In this document: positions 1-8,458 of the stretch, piece after piece
Numbering within the stretch: position 1 is the stretch's first letter
How the letters are laid out: every line of letters starts with the position of its first letter
Assembly: GCA_031276855.1 (NCBI GenBank)
Contig: JAISMH010000015.1
Coordinates: 1-19,757 of the forward strand
Source of the DNA: Synergistaceae bacterium
GTDB taxonomy: Bacteria > Synergistota > Synergistia > Synergistales > Aminobacteriaceae
Length of the DNA: 19,757 nucleotides
Direction: 5' to 3'
Notes under the pieces: generated by a model
Database searches by the model: none
The model's input: only the letters and a program-made list of their open reading frames with translations
What the model was told of the DNA's origin: nothing
Made by a program: the position numbers and the translations under genes

Positions 1-1
1 T

Positions 2-1108
2 ATCGAGGGCGCGGACGAGAGGGCGCGCGAGGACTGGACCACGATCGTCGGATGGCTCGGCGTCTCGGACGTCGATTTCTCGCGGCTGCCGTCTTCCGCG
101 GAAATAAACGCGCTGAGACAAAAGGAAACTTTGACCGCCGAGGAGCAGGCGAAAGTGGACCTCTGGAAACGCTGGAGGAACGCGCAGGAGAAATGGGCGG
201 CGGCTTTCGAGAAGTACCTCACGGAGGGCAGGGCGCCGACGGCCGCGCTGGCCCGCGCGTTCAAAAACTTCAAGAAGTGGCTCATCGACATTTATCGGGC
301 CGTCTCGAACATCGTCTATACCGACGCCGACGGGAACCGGCAGGCGTTCGAGATGTCGGACGAAATCCGGGGCGTCATGGACAGGCTGCTGGCCAGCGAG
401 GAGGAAATAGAGGCCTCGCGCGCCGTCCGGGAGTCGCGGGAACTGGCGGACGAGATGAAAAAACAGGGCATCCCCGACGACGCGACCGGGAGATACCGGG
501 AGCTTATCGAGCAAAGCGCGGAGAAGGCGAAGGCGAAACTGTTCCGCACGCTCATGGGCGAACTGAAGGACGAAAAACGCGCGGAGCTGGCCGAGCGCCG
601 GAAAGAAGCAAAAAAGCGGGCGGCGGGCGAGGTCTGGGGAATGCCGGAGTACAAGGCGCTGAAGCTGTTCCGCACGCCGAGAGACAGGGGCGGGCTGAGG
701 ATTTCCGTGCTCGACCTGACGGACATCTACGGCGACGAGGGCACGAAAAAGCTCCTGAACGAGCTGCCGTTCGGCGTCGCGGCCAACGACGGGATCGGAC
801 TGGAGGAGGCGGCGGAATTGGCCGGGTATCCGGCGGGAGAGGCCCTGCTGGAAGACCTGAAGAAGACGAAGGCGCTGGAGACGGCAATGACGGGAGTGGC
901 GCCGGAAAGAGTCGAGACGGTTCCGATTCGCACTAAAAGCGGGCGCGTTCTGCGCGGCGGGTATTACCCCGTAAGGTTCGACATCAGCAAAAGCTGGAAG
1001 GCCGAGACGCAGCTGAAAAGGGGGCGGCAGTGGTTCGCGGACCATCTGGAACAGCTTTTCATGAGCCTCAGCGAAAATCTGGTGACGGTTCCCGTGTGGA
1101 ACGCGTAG
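2..1108 (+). CDS. Hypothetical protein, 5'-truncated. The reading frame is open from the window edge (frame of position 2) and the first ATG is at 131. The visible part is Lys/Glu-rich and helical (…WKRWRNAQEKWAAAFEKYL…IYGDEGTKKLLNELPFG…). It is not FlgD or FliK.
   Basis: No stop codon between position 2 and TAG at 1106-1108. Codon usage matches the rest of the window. No recognisable flagellar motif. The composition resembles large polyvalent/phage-associated proteins, but that is only an impression. Confidence 0.55.
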   Translation: MEGADERAREDWTTIVGWLGVSDVDFSRLPSSAEINALRQKETLTAEEQAKVDLWKRWRNAQEKWAAAFEKYLTEGRAPTAALARAFKNFKKWLIDIYRAVSNIVYTDADGNRQAFEMSDEIRGVMDRLLASEEEIEASRAVRESRELADEMKKQGIPDDATGRYRELIEQSAEKAKAKLFRTLMGELKDEKRAELAERRKEAKKRAAGEVWGMPEYKALKLFRTPRDRGGLRISVLDLTDIYGDEGTKKLLNELPFGVAANDGIGLEEAAELAGYPAGEALLEDLKKTKALETAMTGVAPERVETVPIRTKSGRVLRGGYYPVRFDISKSWKAETQLKRGRQWFADHLEQLFMSLSENLVTVPVWNA

Positions 1109-1461
1109 CCAATCGGGAATAGCGTCGCGCACCCCCTCCATTCAGGCTACACGCCGCCCTTCTCGAACATTTCCCAGTCGAAAGACGAAGGAAACGAATA
1201 GGCGTCGTTTCCTATTGCTTCGGCCAGAGCTCTGAAATCGATATCGCTTCCCTGGTTTGGAGAATGCGGCATTCGGACATGACAGCGCTGCGCGTCAGTC
1301 AAGGGTTCACCGGTTCCCCGCGAGCTGTTGGACATCACATGCACGCCTTTCACAGAAATATAATCCGGCACAAATATCTTTCAGCAATCCGCCGGCCGCC
1401 TTTAAGCAACTCCTGAAGTCACGATCAATCGCTTTGGATTATTATAGACTACCGCGGAGTA

Positions 1462-1488
1462 CAAAAAAACGACGTATTTTTTCGATAT
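1462..1488 (+). promoter_or_regulatory. Weak sigma-28/sigma-D-like promoter candidate: CAAA-N15-TTCGATAT.
   Basis: CGATAT core at 1483-1488 with an A-rich -35 15 nt upstream. This is 7 of 12 matches to TAAA-N15-GCCGATAT. Confidence 0.2.
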
Positions 1489-1619
1489 TGCGGGGTTGGC
1501 GGGATATTTTCCGGGCCGGGCGCTTTAGTTTGGCGCGCGGGTGACCGACAAAGAGGATAGCAGCGGTGAAAGCCGCTCGGGAAACGGCCTCAAGGAATGG
1601 GGTTTGCAATTTTCGCGGA

Positions 1620-1637
1620 GCGATAAAAACTTATCGC
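1620..1637 (+). promoter_or_regulatory. Inverted repeat GCGATAA-N4-TTATCGC abutting the flgE SD (GGGAGGG). The half-site resembles a sigma-28 -10 element (GCCGATAA).
   Basis: The 7-bp arms are exact reverse complements. The repeat ends 3 nt before the SD. Confidence 0.4.
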
Positions 1638-1655
1638 GGGAGGGATTCATATAAA

Positions 1656-3764
1656 ATGTTGAGATCGCTTATGACGGCGGTGACGGGCGTTCGGTCGCAT
1701 CAGACGATGCTGGACGTGACGGGAAACAACATCGCGAACGTCAACACCACGGGGTTCAAAAAAGACGCCACGATCTTTCAGGATCTTCTGTATCAGACGT
1801 CTCAGGGCGCCACGGGGCCGGGAGACGCGAGGGGCGGCGTCAACCCCGCCCAGGTCGGGTTGGGCGTGAAGGTCGGGGCCATCGAGACCATCCACTCGCA
1901 GGGCGGCGCCCAGTACACGGGCAACAAGTCGGACATGATGATCGAAGGGGAGGGCTATTTCGTCTTCCGCAACGGAATCAGCCGAATCTACAGCCGCGCG
2001 GGCAACTTCACGCTGGACGCCGACAAGAAGCTGGTGCACTCCGGGACCGGTTACGTGGTGCAGGGCTACGAGATGGTGCAGAACCCCGCGAAGGCCACGG
2101 AGTACATCAAGGCGGGCGACATCAGCGACATCGTCATCCCGATAGGCAAGGAAATGGAGGCCCGCGCGACAAGCGTCGTGGGGGTCAAGAACAACTTGGA
2201 CGCCACGAAAGACCCCTATCTGCCGATAGGCTACGCGGATATTGAGTATAGCGACGAAACCGGGCCCGCCAAGGTCAAGATCGGCGGTATTGAGTACGAC
2301 GTGAGTTTCAAGACGAATACTGCAGGCACAACCGCCGGCACAGGGTATCTGACTGTCAACTTGGCCACAGGCGGGACGCCAGTATCCATCCAGCTTAATA
2401 TGACGGGGATCAAAGATGGGAAACCTGTTTTGGGAATAGAGGGTGCTATGGGAACTCCACCCGTTGCTACTGTGACTTTGAGCGGTGGAACAACGGCCAC
2501 GGTAGCCTATAACAACGATACCGGTATTTTGAAACTGACAGATTCGACTACTGGCTCACGGACATTAGGAGCGACGCTTTGGGAAATCAACCTGAAGGAG
2601 AACATGAACTACAATGCGTCCAGCATTTCAGGTGTTGTTCCAGCCGCTCTCAACCCAGGAGGTGGGCAGACTTACAATTACAGCTTTATTACGGAGTTTA
2701 GTGAAAATGCTCTCAGCGGGTCTCCGGCGCAGCTTACAATCTGGTACTATGGAAGTTCTCCGGCAGACGCTACCAACAAAGATTTTGGAAAGCTCACAGC
2801 CCAAGTTTCGTTTAAGTCGGACGGTACATTCGATTCGGTGACACCCCTGACAGCGACTGCCGGCACAGGAACGTGGCCTACGTGGCTCACTGTTGACAGC
2901 ACCGATCCCACTAAACCAAACATGCTTCAGGTAGTCGTTTCGGAAAGCAATTCTTCCGTACTGGAGATGAAGGTCGCTAAAGATGCGACCGCTACTTCTT
3001 TCGATACGGTCAACCAGATCACGCAGGGCGGATTCGAGCAGACGAAATTGACGGTCTACGACTGCCAAGGGAACCCCTACACGATGGAAATCACGTTCAA
3101 GAAGCTGACGAAAGACCGCTGGCGGTGGGAGGCCTTCTTCCCGGAGAATCCCGAGCTTTTCAACGTGCCCCCGTCGGGGGAACTGAAGTTCGGCCCTTGC
3201 GGCAAACTCAAGTTTCCGAAGGACGGGGCGGACATCTACGTCCCCTTCTCCCTGCTCGGGACGAAGAACGAGACCATTCACCTGGACTTCAGCAACAAGT
3301 ATTTCAAGGGCGACGATTACGTCTGGGACACCGACGCCCTGGAGGGCCTGACGCAGTACGCCTCGGCCAGCACGGCGAAGGCCTACTATCAGGACGGCTA
3401 CCAGATGGGCGTCCTGAACAACTACACCGTGGGCAACGACGGAACGATCACGGGCATCTACACCAACAGCCAGACCCAGCCCATATACCGCGTGGCCCTG
3501 GCGCAGTTCGCCAACCCGATGGGCCTCGACAAGGTGGGCAGCACCATGTTCCGCGAATCGATCAACTCCGGCATGGCGCAGATCGACGCGGCGTCGGACA
3601 ACGGGTCGGGAACCATCGCCGGCGGCACGCTCGAAATGTCGAACGTGGATCTGACGGAGGAGTTCACGCGCCTCATCATCGCGCAGCGCGGCTTTCAGGC
3701 GAACACCCGGGTCGTGACGACCAGCGACCAGATTCTGGAAGAAGTCGTCAACCTGAAACGGTAA
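1656..3764 (+). CDS. flgE: Flagellar hook protein FlgE, long form (about 702 aa) with a large central insertion domain.
   Basis: N-terminus MLRSLMTAVTGVRSHQTMLDVTGNNIANVNTTGFK and C-terminus GTLEMSNVDLTEEFTRLIIAQRGFQANTRVVTTSDQILEEVVNLKR are the canonical flagellar rod/hook terminal segments. RBS GGGAGGG lies 8 nt upstream of ATG 1656. The track ORF starts at 1566, but the ATG at 1656 with an SD is preferred. Confidence 0.93.
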   Translation: MLRSLMTAVTGVRSHQTMLDVTGNNIANVNTTGFKKDATIFQDLLYQTSQGATGPGDARGGVNPAQVGLGVKVGAIETIHSQGGAQYTGNKSDMMIEGEGYFVFRNGISRIYSRAGNFTLDADKKLVHSGTGYVVQGYEMVQNPAKATEYIKAGDISDIVIPIGKEMEARATSVVGVKNNLDATKDPYLPIGYADIEYSDETGPAKVKIGGIEYDVSFKTNTAGTTAGTGYLTVNLATGGTPVSIQLNMTGIKDGKPVLGIEGAMGTPPVATVTLSGGTTATVAYNNDTGILKLTDSTTGSRTLGATLWEINLKENMNYNASSISGVVPAALNPGGGQTYNYSFITEFSENALSGSPAQLTIWYYGSSPADATNKDFGKLTAQVSFKSDGTFDSVTPLTATAGTGTWPTWLTVDSTDPTKPNMLQVVVSESNSSVLEMKVAKDATATSFDTVNQITQGGFEQTKLTVYDCQGNPYTMEITFKKLTKDRWRWEAFFPENPELFNVPPSGELKFGPCGKLKFPKDGADIYVPFSLLGTKNETIHLDFSNKYFKGDDYVWDTDALEGLTQYASASTAKAYYQDGYQMGVLNNYTVGNDGTITGIYTNSQTQPIYRVALAQFANPMGLDKVGSTMFRESINSGMAQIDAASDNGSGTIAGGTLEMSNVDLTEEFTRLIIAQRGFQANTRVVTTSDQILEEVVNLKR

Positions 3765-3802
3765 CGGACGGCCGGACGGCCGATAAATCGGGTAGGGCGG
3801 TA

Positions 3803-4036
3803 ATGATTGAACTTCACCGTTTGAATGGGGAGCTTTTTTGGCTGAATTCTGATATGATTGAGACCATCGACATCACGCCGGATACCGTGGTGCGTCTGGT
3901 CAACGGGCATCGTTACGTCGTGAGGGAAAACTGTCGAGATGTGAGGAACGCCATCGTGAACTTCCGGCGGGAGGCGGGGTATTCCTGCGTCCCGTTCGGG
4001 ATTCCTTTGGAAGCGGAGGACGGTCAGACGCGTTAG
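3803..4036 (+). CDS. flbD: Flagellar protein FlbD, 77 aa.
   Basis: MIELHRLNGELFWLNSDMIETIDITPDTVVRLVNGHRYVVRE matches the conserved FlbD N-terminus (MIxLTRLNGxxFxLNxxxIExIExTPDTVIxLxNGxKYVVxE). Its position directly after flgE is conserved. Confidence 0.85.
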   Translation: MIELHRLNGELFWLNSDMIETIDITPDTVVRLVNGHRYVVRENCRDVRNAIVNFRREAGYSCVPFGIPLEAEDGQTR

Positions 4037-4046
4037 TCGCTTTGTA

Positions 4047-4066
4047 TTAAATTAAATTTAATTTAA
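4047..4066. repeat. Perfect 20-bp all-A/T palindrome TTAAATTAAATTTAATTTAA in the flbD-motA spacer.
   Basis: The reverse complement equals the sequence. It sits in a window that is otherwise above 60% GC. Confidence 0.95.
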
Positions 4067-4081
4067 GCGAATTCAGCGGTT

Positions 4082-4918
4082 TTGGCGGGCTCGAAAATTT
4101 TGTTCGGCCAGGGGGGGACGCAGGACTTGGATTTAACCACTGTCGTCGGATTTCTTATCTGTTGGATTCTCGTTATCGGCGGAATGGCCGCCGGGGGAAA
4201 CATTGCCGCCTATTACGACTTTCCTTCCATATTGATCACCGTGGGCGGATCGATAGGGGCCGTCGTCATCTCGCACCCGAGCGACATCCTGAAAACGGTG
4301 GGGGGCGCCATCAAGAACGCCTTTTTTTCCTCGGACCCCAACCTTCTCGGCATGGTGCAGACGATCGTGAGCTTCGCCGAAAAAGCCCGCAGAGAAGGGC
4401 TTCTCGCGCTCGAGGGCGATGTCGCGGAGCTGGACGACGAGTTTTTGCGCAAATCCATCCAGCTGGTGGTGGACGGCACGGATCCCGAACTGGTGAAGGC
4501 CATTCTGGACACGGAAATAGGCATTCTGGAAGACCGGCATTCCGCGAACAAATCCGTTTTCGACGCGACCGCCGAGCTCGCCCCTGCCTACGGGATGATC
4601 GGAACCCTGATCGGCCTCATCGCCATGCTGGGGAACCTTCAGGACGTCAGCGCCCTGGGGCCCGGCATGGCCGTCGCCCTGATCACGACGATGTACGGCT
4701 CCATGATGGCCAACATGCTCTGCATCCCGGTGGCCAAGAAGCTGGCCGCCCGCTCCTCCAAGGAAATCCTCTCCATGGAGCTGATGGTGGAGGGCATTCT
4801 GGCGATCCAGGCCGGCGAAAACCCCCGCATCGTCGAGGAAAAGCTGAAGGTGTTCCTGCCTCCGAAACTGAGGCACAACCTGGAGGACGCCCAGAAAGCG
4901 GAAAGAGGAGAAAAATAG
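4082..4918 (+). CDS. motA: Flagellar motor stator protein MotA (proton channel, 4 TM).
   Basis: TM segments VVGFLICWILVIGGMAAGG and the C-terminal plug/TM3-4 region YGMIGTLIGLIAMLGNL…ALITTMYGSMMANMLCIPVAKKL are typical of MotA/PomA/ExbB. The track start TTG 4082 has a weak SD. An alternative in-frame TTG at 4127 (LDLTTVV) is preceded by a G-run at 4111-4117, so the true start is uncertain. Confidence 0.88.
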   Translation: MAGSKILFGQGGTQDLDLTTVVGFLICWILVIGGMAAGGNIAAYYDFPSILITVGGSIGAVVISHPSDILKTVGGAIKNAFFSSDPNLLGMVQTIVSFAEKARREGLLALEGDVAELDDEFLRKSIQLVVDGTDPELVKAILDTEIGILEDRHSANKSVFDATAELAPAYGMIGTLIGLIAMLGNLQDVSALGPGMAVALITTMYGSMMANMLCIPVAKKLAARSSKEILSMELMVEGILAIQAGENPRIVEEKLKVFLPPKLRHNLEDAQKAERGEK

Positions 4919-4921
4919 AAC

Positions 4922-5647
4922 ATGGCGCGCAAGAAAAAAGCTCCTCCGCCGGGGCCCAGCGCCCCTCTTTACATGGCGACCTACGGGGACATGGTGACGC
5001 TCGTCCTGTGCTTCTTCGTCCTGCTGTTCGCGATGTCCTCGGTCGACGCCCAGAAGTTCCAGAAGGCCATTCTCTCCCTGCGCGGCTCTCTCGGCATCCT
5101 GAGGGGCGGTTCAACCGTGGAGGAGACCGTGGATCCGAACACCAGCGGCGAAGACGGAAGGGCCGCGGGCGCGGCGCCCCGCCATGTGATGAACACGCAG
5201 CACGTGGCCTACACGATCAACAGCTACCTGCGCAGCGAAGGGCTGGACAAAGCCATACAGGTGACCATCAACCAGAGGGGGGTCGCCGTCTCCATATCGG
5301 ATCAGTTCCTTTTCGACAGCGGCAGCGCCGTGCTGAAAACCGAAGGCAAGCGGGTCTTGTACAAAATAGCGACGCTGGTACGCGAGGAAGTCCCGGCCGT
5401 TTCCGTCGAGGGACACACGGACGCCGTTCCCCTGCGGGGGGGCATTTACCGGGACAACTGGGGACTCTCCTCGGCGAGGGCCGCCGTGGTGGCCTCCTAT
5501 CTGGCGGAGGAGGGAGGCGTGACGCCCCAGAAGCTCCAGGCGGTGGGATACTCGTCCTACCAACCGACGGTGCCCAACGACACGCCGGAGCATCGGGCTC
5601 TGAACCGCCGGGTGGACCTCGTTTTTCTGTCGCAGTATCCGAAATGA
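4922..5647 (+). CDS. motB: Flagellar motor protein MotB (OmpA-like peptidoglycan-binding C-terminal domain).
   Basis: N-terminal TM helix (MATYGDMVTLVLCFFVLLFAMS) with the conserved Asp in DMVTLL. OmpA-like C-terminal motif EGHTDAVP…NWGLSSARAAVVASYL…NRRVDLVF. GAGGAG SD 11 nt upstream. Confidence 0.9.
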   Translation: MARKKKAPPPGPSAPLYMATYGDMVTLVLCFFVLLFAMSSVDAQKFQKAILSLRGSLGILRGGSTVEETVDPNTSGEDGRAAGAAPRHVMNTQHVAYTINSYLRSEGLDKAIQVTINQRGVAVSISDQFLFDSGSAVLKTEGKRVLYKIATLVREEVPAVSVEGHTDAVPLRGGIYRDNWGLSSARAAVVASYLAEEGGVTPQKLQAVGYSSYQPTVPNDTPEHRALNRRVDLVFLSQYPK

Positions 5648-5678
5648 CGATTCGTGGGAAAGGGCGGACCGGAATACT

Positions 5679-6125
5679 ATGAAAAGAATTTTGATTTTTG
5701 CCGTCGTGGGTTTGGTCATGTTCGCCGTCGGCTTCGGAGGAGGGCTCTTCATGGGCCGTGCGATGGCGCCCGACAGCTCCTCGTCGGGCCGGACGAAGAG
5801 CGTGGAGGCGCCGGGGCCGCTCGTCGCGGTGGGGGAGTTTACCAGCAATCTGGCCGGGTCGGGCAAGCACGTCATCAGCTTCACCGTTTCGCTGGAGACC
5901 CTGAACCCGAAGGCCGCGGACATCGTGGGCAACGTCTGGCTTCCGAGGATAAAAAACGAGATCCTGCTGATCGTGAAGGACAAAGTTTACGAAGATTTGA
6001 CGAGCGCCGAGGGAACGCTGCAGTTTGCCGAGGAGATCAAGCGGGCCGTCAACTCGCAGCTCCCGGAAGTCAACGGCGAGGCCCCCGTGGTGCGCGTCCT
6101 CTTCGAGGCGTTTGTGCTGCAGTGA
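5679..6125 (+). CDS. fliL: Flagellar basal-body-associated protein FliL.
   Basis: Single N-terminal TM helix followed by …LVAVGEFTSNL…HVISFTVSLETLNPKAADIV…IKNEILLIV…, which matches the FliL family pattern (…xLxxFxVNL…RYLxxxIxLE…). Its position between motB and fliM is conserved. Confidence 0.8.
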   Translation: MKRILIFAVVGLVMFAVGFGGGLFMGRAMAPDSSSSGRTKSVEAPGPLVAVGEFTSNLAGSGKHVISFTVSLETLNPKAADIVGNVWLPRIKNEILLIVKDKVYEDLTSAEGTLQFAEEIKRAVNSQLPEVNGEAPVVRVLFEAFVLQ

Positions 6126-6146
6126 GTTTACGCCGACAATAAAAAA

Positions 6147-6178
6147 ATTGATAATAAAAGATTGATAATAAAAAGATT
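6147..6178. repeat. AT-rich tandem direct repeat ATTGATAATAAAAG, two copies then a partial one, in the fliL-fliM spacer. The minus strand reads TATCAATCTTTTA (IHF-like WATCAANNNNTTR).
   Basis: Read directly from 6147-6160 and 6161-6175. Confidence 0.85.
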
Positions 6179-6225
6179 CAGCGTGCGGCGGCGCCGCGCG
6201 GCAATTTTAAGGCAGGTGAGTGTTC

Positions 6226-7230
6226 TTGGCCCCCGATGTGTTGTCCCAGAGCGAAATAGATTCTTTGTTGAGCGCGCTGACGAGCGGGTCGATGGATCTC
6301 GACTCGATGACCCAGCAAAGCGAGTACGAGGTCAAGCTCTACGACTTCAAGCGCCCCGACAAATTCAGCAAGGACCAGCTGAGAGCCATTCAAATGATCC
6401 ACGAGGCCTTCGGGCGCCAGCTCTCGACCGTGATGTCCTCTCTCATCCGGTCCATGGTCGCGGCCGAGGTCGCCTCCGTGGACCAGCTGGCCTACGAGGA
6501 GTTCGTGAACTCCCTGGTTCAGCCCACGGTCATCGGAACGCTGGAAATGCATCCCTTCAACGGCAACGCCCTGATCGAGATCAATCCGAACCTGGTTTTC
6601 GCGATGATAGACCGGCTTCTGGGAGGCAAGGGGGAGTTTACCGGCAAGGCGCGGGAGCTGACGGACATCGAAAAGACGGTCATCGAGCGCGTACTGATGC
6701 GGATGCTCGAACTTCTGGAAGACAGCTGGAGTACGGTCGTGGACGTGAGGTTCCGCTTCGAGAGCATGGAGAGCAACCCCTTCTTCGTGCAGGTCTGTCC
6801 CCCGCGGGATATGGTGCTGCTGGTCATCATGAAGCTGCAGGTCGGAGAGGTGGAGGGGATGATCAGCCTCTGCATTCCCTACTTCCTGATGGAACCTATC
6901 GTGGACAAGCTCTCCTCTCAGCAGTGGTTCGTCTCGACGGGCCGCAAGGGCGACGACGGCGTCCGCGAAAATCTGCTCCATTCGCTCGACCGGGTGAAGG
7001 TTCCCATGTCCCTCGAACTGGGGCACACGGTTCTCAGCCTGGCGGACGTCTACGACCTCGAAGAGGGCGACGTGATCAAATTGGACGAGGAAATCGGCAG
7101 CGAGGTCGAGGTGCGGGTCGGAAACTATGTCCGCTTCAAGGCCAGGCCGGGAACCTTGGACGGCCGTCTGGCGGCCGAGGTGACGCGGGTCGTCAGCGGC
7201 ACGGACGAGCCTGAAGGAGGGGGAAACTGA
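6226..7230 (+). CDS. fliM: Flagellar motor switch protein FliM.
   Basis: N-terminal CheY-P-binding peptide (M)APDVLSQSEIDSLLSAL. Central CheC-like FliM domain. C-terminal SpoA/FliN-like domain (VPMSLELGHTVLSLADVYDLEEGDVIKLD). Start TTG 6226 lies 5 nt after AGGTGAG (6214-6220). The track lists GTG 6220, which sits inside that SD. Confidence 0.9.
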   Translation: MAPDVLSQSEIDSLLSALTSGSMDLDSMTQQSEYEVKLYDFKRPDKFSKDQLRAIQMIHEAFGRQLSTVMSSLIRSMVAAEVASVDQLAYEEFVNSLVQPTVIGTLEMHPFNGNALIEINPNLVFAMIDRLLGGKGEFTGKARELTDIEKTVIERVLMRMLELLEDSWSTVVDVRFRFESMESNPFFVQVCPPRDMVLLVIMKLQVGEVEGMISLCIPYFLMEPIVDKLSSQQWFVSTGRKGDDGVRENLLHSLDRVKVPMSLELGHTVLSLADVYDLEEGDVIKLDEEIGSEVEVRVGNYVRFKARPGTLDGRLAAEVTRVVSGTDEPEGGGN

Positions 7231-8342
7231 TGGATAATCTGTTGAGCCAGGATGAAATAAACTCTCTTCTCGGCGGAGGCGACGCCCCTTCAGGCTCCGC
7301 GGGGCTTTCTATGGAAGACACGCAGATTCTGAACGAGGTCGCGAGCATTTTCTCGAACGCGGAGAACAACGTGTTCAGCATGCTGGCGGGCAAGGAGGTC
7401 AACTCCAAAGGCGGGGAGACCGAGGTTCTTTCTCAGGCGGAGTTCAAGGCGAAACTTGGCGCCGAGACGCCTTTCGTTTTCAGGGCGACCTTCGACGGCT
7501 TCGACGACGTGCCTTTGATTTTTGCCGTCGGGCGCCGCGGCGCGCTGGCGCTGGCCGATTTGATGATGGGCGGAGAGGGGAAGGACGTCCCCGAGGAGGC
7601 CAGCGAGCTTTACCTGAACGCGGCTCAGGAGGGATTGAGCCAGGTCGTGGGCTCCGCCTTCACCAGCCTGAGCGGCCTGATGGGCGGCCGCCGCCTGATG
7701 CCCGAAAACACGAAGTCCGCTTTGGAAGAGGAAGACGACTGGGCGGTATTTCCCGCCTTGGACGCCGAGGCCAGGGTGTGGGCCAGCTTCTCCGAGGTGG
7801 AAATAGAGGGGCTGGAGCCCTTCGCGATATGGGCCGCCATTCCTTTGGATTCCGTGAAAACCATGGCGGAGCTGATTCGTCAAAATATGGGAGGAGGGGA
7901 AAAGCAGCCGGAGTCCCCTTCTTTATCTTCTTCTCCGTCTCCCCAGGCGCCCCGCGCGGCTCAGGCGGCGGGCGCTTCGCCCGCTTCCGCTCCTTCGACG
8001 AGAGGCGGCCAGCGTCCCGGGCCCGTGACCGACGTGCGCCCCGCGGAGTTCACTCCCCTCTCGGCCAAGGGCCCGGCGGGGAGCGGCAGCAAGATCGACC
8101 TGATCGCGGATATTCCGGTGCGTGTCACCGTGGAACTGGGGAAGACGAGAAAAAATATCTCCGAGATCCTGGGCATGACGACGGGTTCCGTCATCGAACT
8201 GGACAAAATGGCGGGGGAGCCCGTGGACGTGCTCGTCAACGGAAAGCTGATCGCCAAGGGCGAGGTCGTCGTGATCGACGAAAACTTCGGAGTGCGCGTC
8301 ACCGAGGTCTTGGGCGCGGCTCCGAAGGCCTACGCGGTGTGA
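7230..8342 (+). CDS. fliY: Flagellar motor switch protein FliY/FliN, long form. FliM-like N-terminal peptide, middle domain, and C-terminal FliN/SpoA domain.
   Basis: N-terminus MDNLLSQDEINSLLGG (LSQxEIxxLL CheY-binding motif). C-terminus IPVRVTVELGKTRKNISEILGMTTGSVIELDKMAGEPVDVLVNGKLIAKGEVVVIDENFGVRVTEV is a canonical FliN. ATG overlaps the fliM stop (TGATG). Confidence 0.85.
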   Translation: MDNLLSQDEINSLLGGGDAPSGSAGLSMEDTQILNEVASIFSNAENNVFSMLAGKEVNSKGGETEVLSQAEFKAKLGAETPFVFRATFDGFDDVPLIFAVGRRGALALADLMMGGEGKDVPEEASELYLNAAQEGLSQVVGSAFTSLSGLMGGRRLMPENTKSALEEEDDWAVFPALDAEARVWASFSEVEIEGLEPFAIWAAIPLDSVKTMAELIRQNMGGGEKQPESPSLSSSPSPQAPRAAQAAGASPASAPSTRGGQRPGPVTDVRPAEFTPLSAKGPAGSGSKIDLIADIPVRVTVELGKTRKNISEILGMTTGSVIELDKMAGEPVDVLVNGKLIAKGEVVVIDENFGVRVTEVLGAAPKAYAV

Positions 8343-8449
8343 GTTTGCCGCTTCGATTCAAAGGAGCTGCGATTCGAAAAGGGCTGCCGCGCTTCTTTGC
8401 ATACGGTAATTGTCCGCAGAAAAAGTCTTCGTCCGCCGGGAGATGCGTA

Positions 8450-8458
8450 TGATATAAT
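8450..8458 (+). promoter_or_regulatory. Extended -10 promoter candidate (TGATATAAT) inside the 315-nt fliY-cheY spacer. The -35 is poor.
   Basis: TGnTATAAT consensus match at 8450-8458, about 200 nt upstream of cheY. Confidence 0.3.

Noticed and set aside
1147-1544. ORFs 1147..1371 (-) and 1257..1544 (+) in the spacer upstream of flgE.
   Set aside because: No SD or start context, no recognisable motif, they overlap each other, and the GC3 signal is weak. They are more likely non-coding leader or promoter DNA. A small protein cannot be excluded without expression data.
4133-4876. Long antisense or alternate-frame ORFs throughout the track, overlapping flagellar and other genes. Examples are 52..936, 4133..4876, 4162..5682, 5111..5983, 6162..7214, 6178..7026, 8625..9722, 9813..10604, 10291..11562, 11405..12484, 12798..14003, 14842..15831, 15078..16160, 16381..17763 and 17867..19123.
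   Set aside because: Their translations are Arg/Gly/Pro-rich and low-complexity, with no domain-like patterns. This is typical of open frames in GC-rich DNA opposite or offset to real genes. In every case the recognisable protein is in the other frame.
6181-6219. Sigma-54 promoters (TGGCAC-N5-TTGCA) upstream of fliM and of cheY (8375-8400), and an intrinsic terminator in the GC-rich dyad before fliM.
   Set aside because: No GG-N10-GC element with correct spacing could be aligned, since the TTGCA at 8396-8400 lacks an upstream TGGC. The GC-rich segment 6184-6203 does not form a clean stem with a loop of at least 3 nt.
7230-8342. CheC-like phosphatase active-site motifs (D/S-x3-E-x2-N-x22-P) in the FliY middle domain.
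   Set aside because: I could not align the motif confidently by eye (the candidates are ExxxN, not ExxN). Only the N-terminal CheY-binding peptide and the C-terminal FliN domain are asserted.
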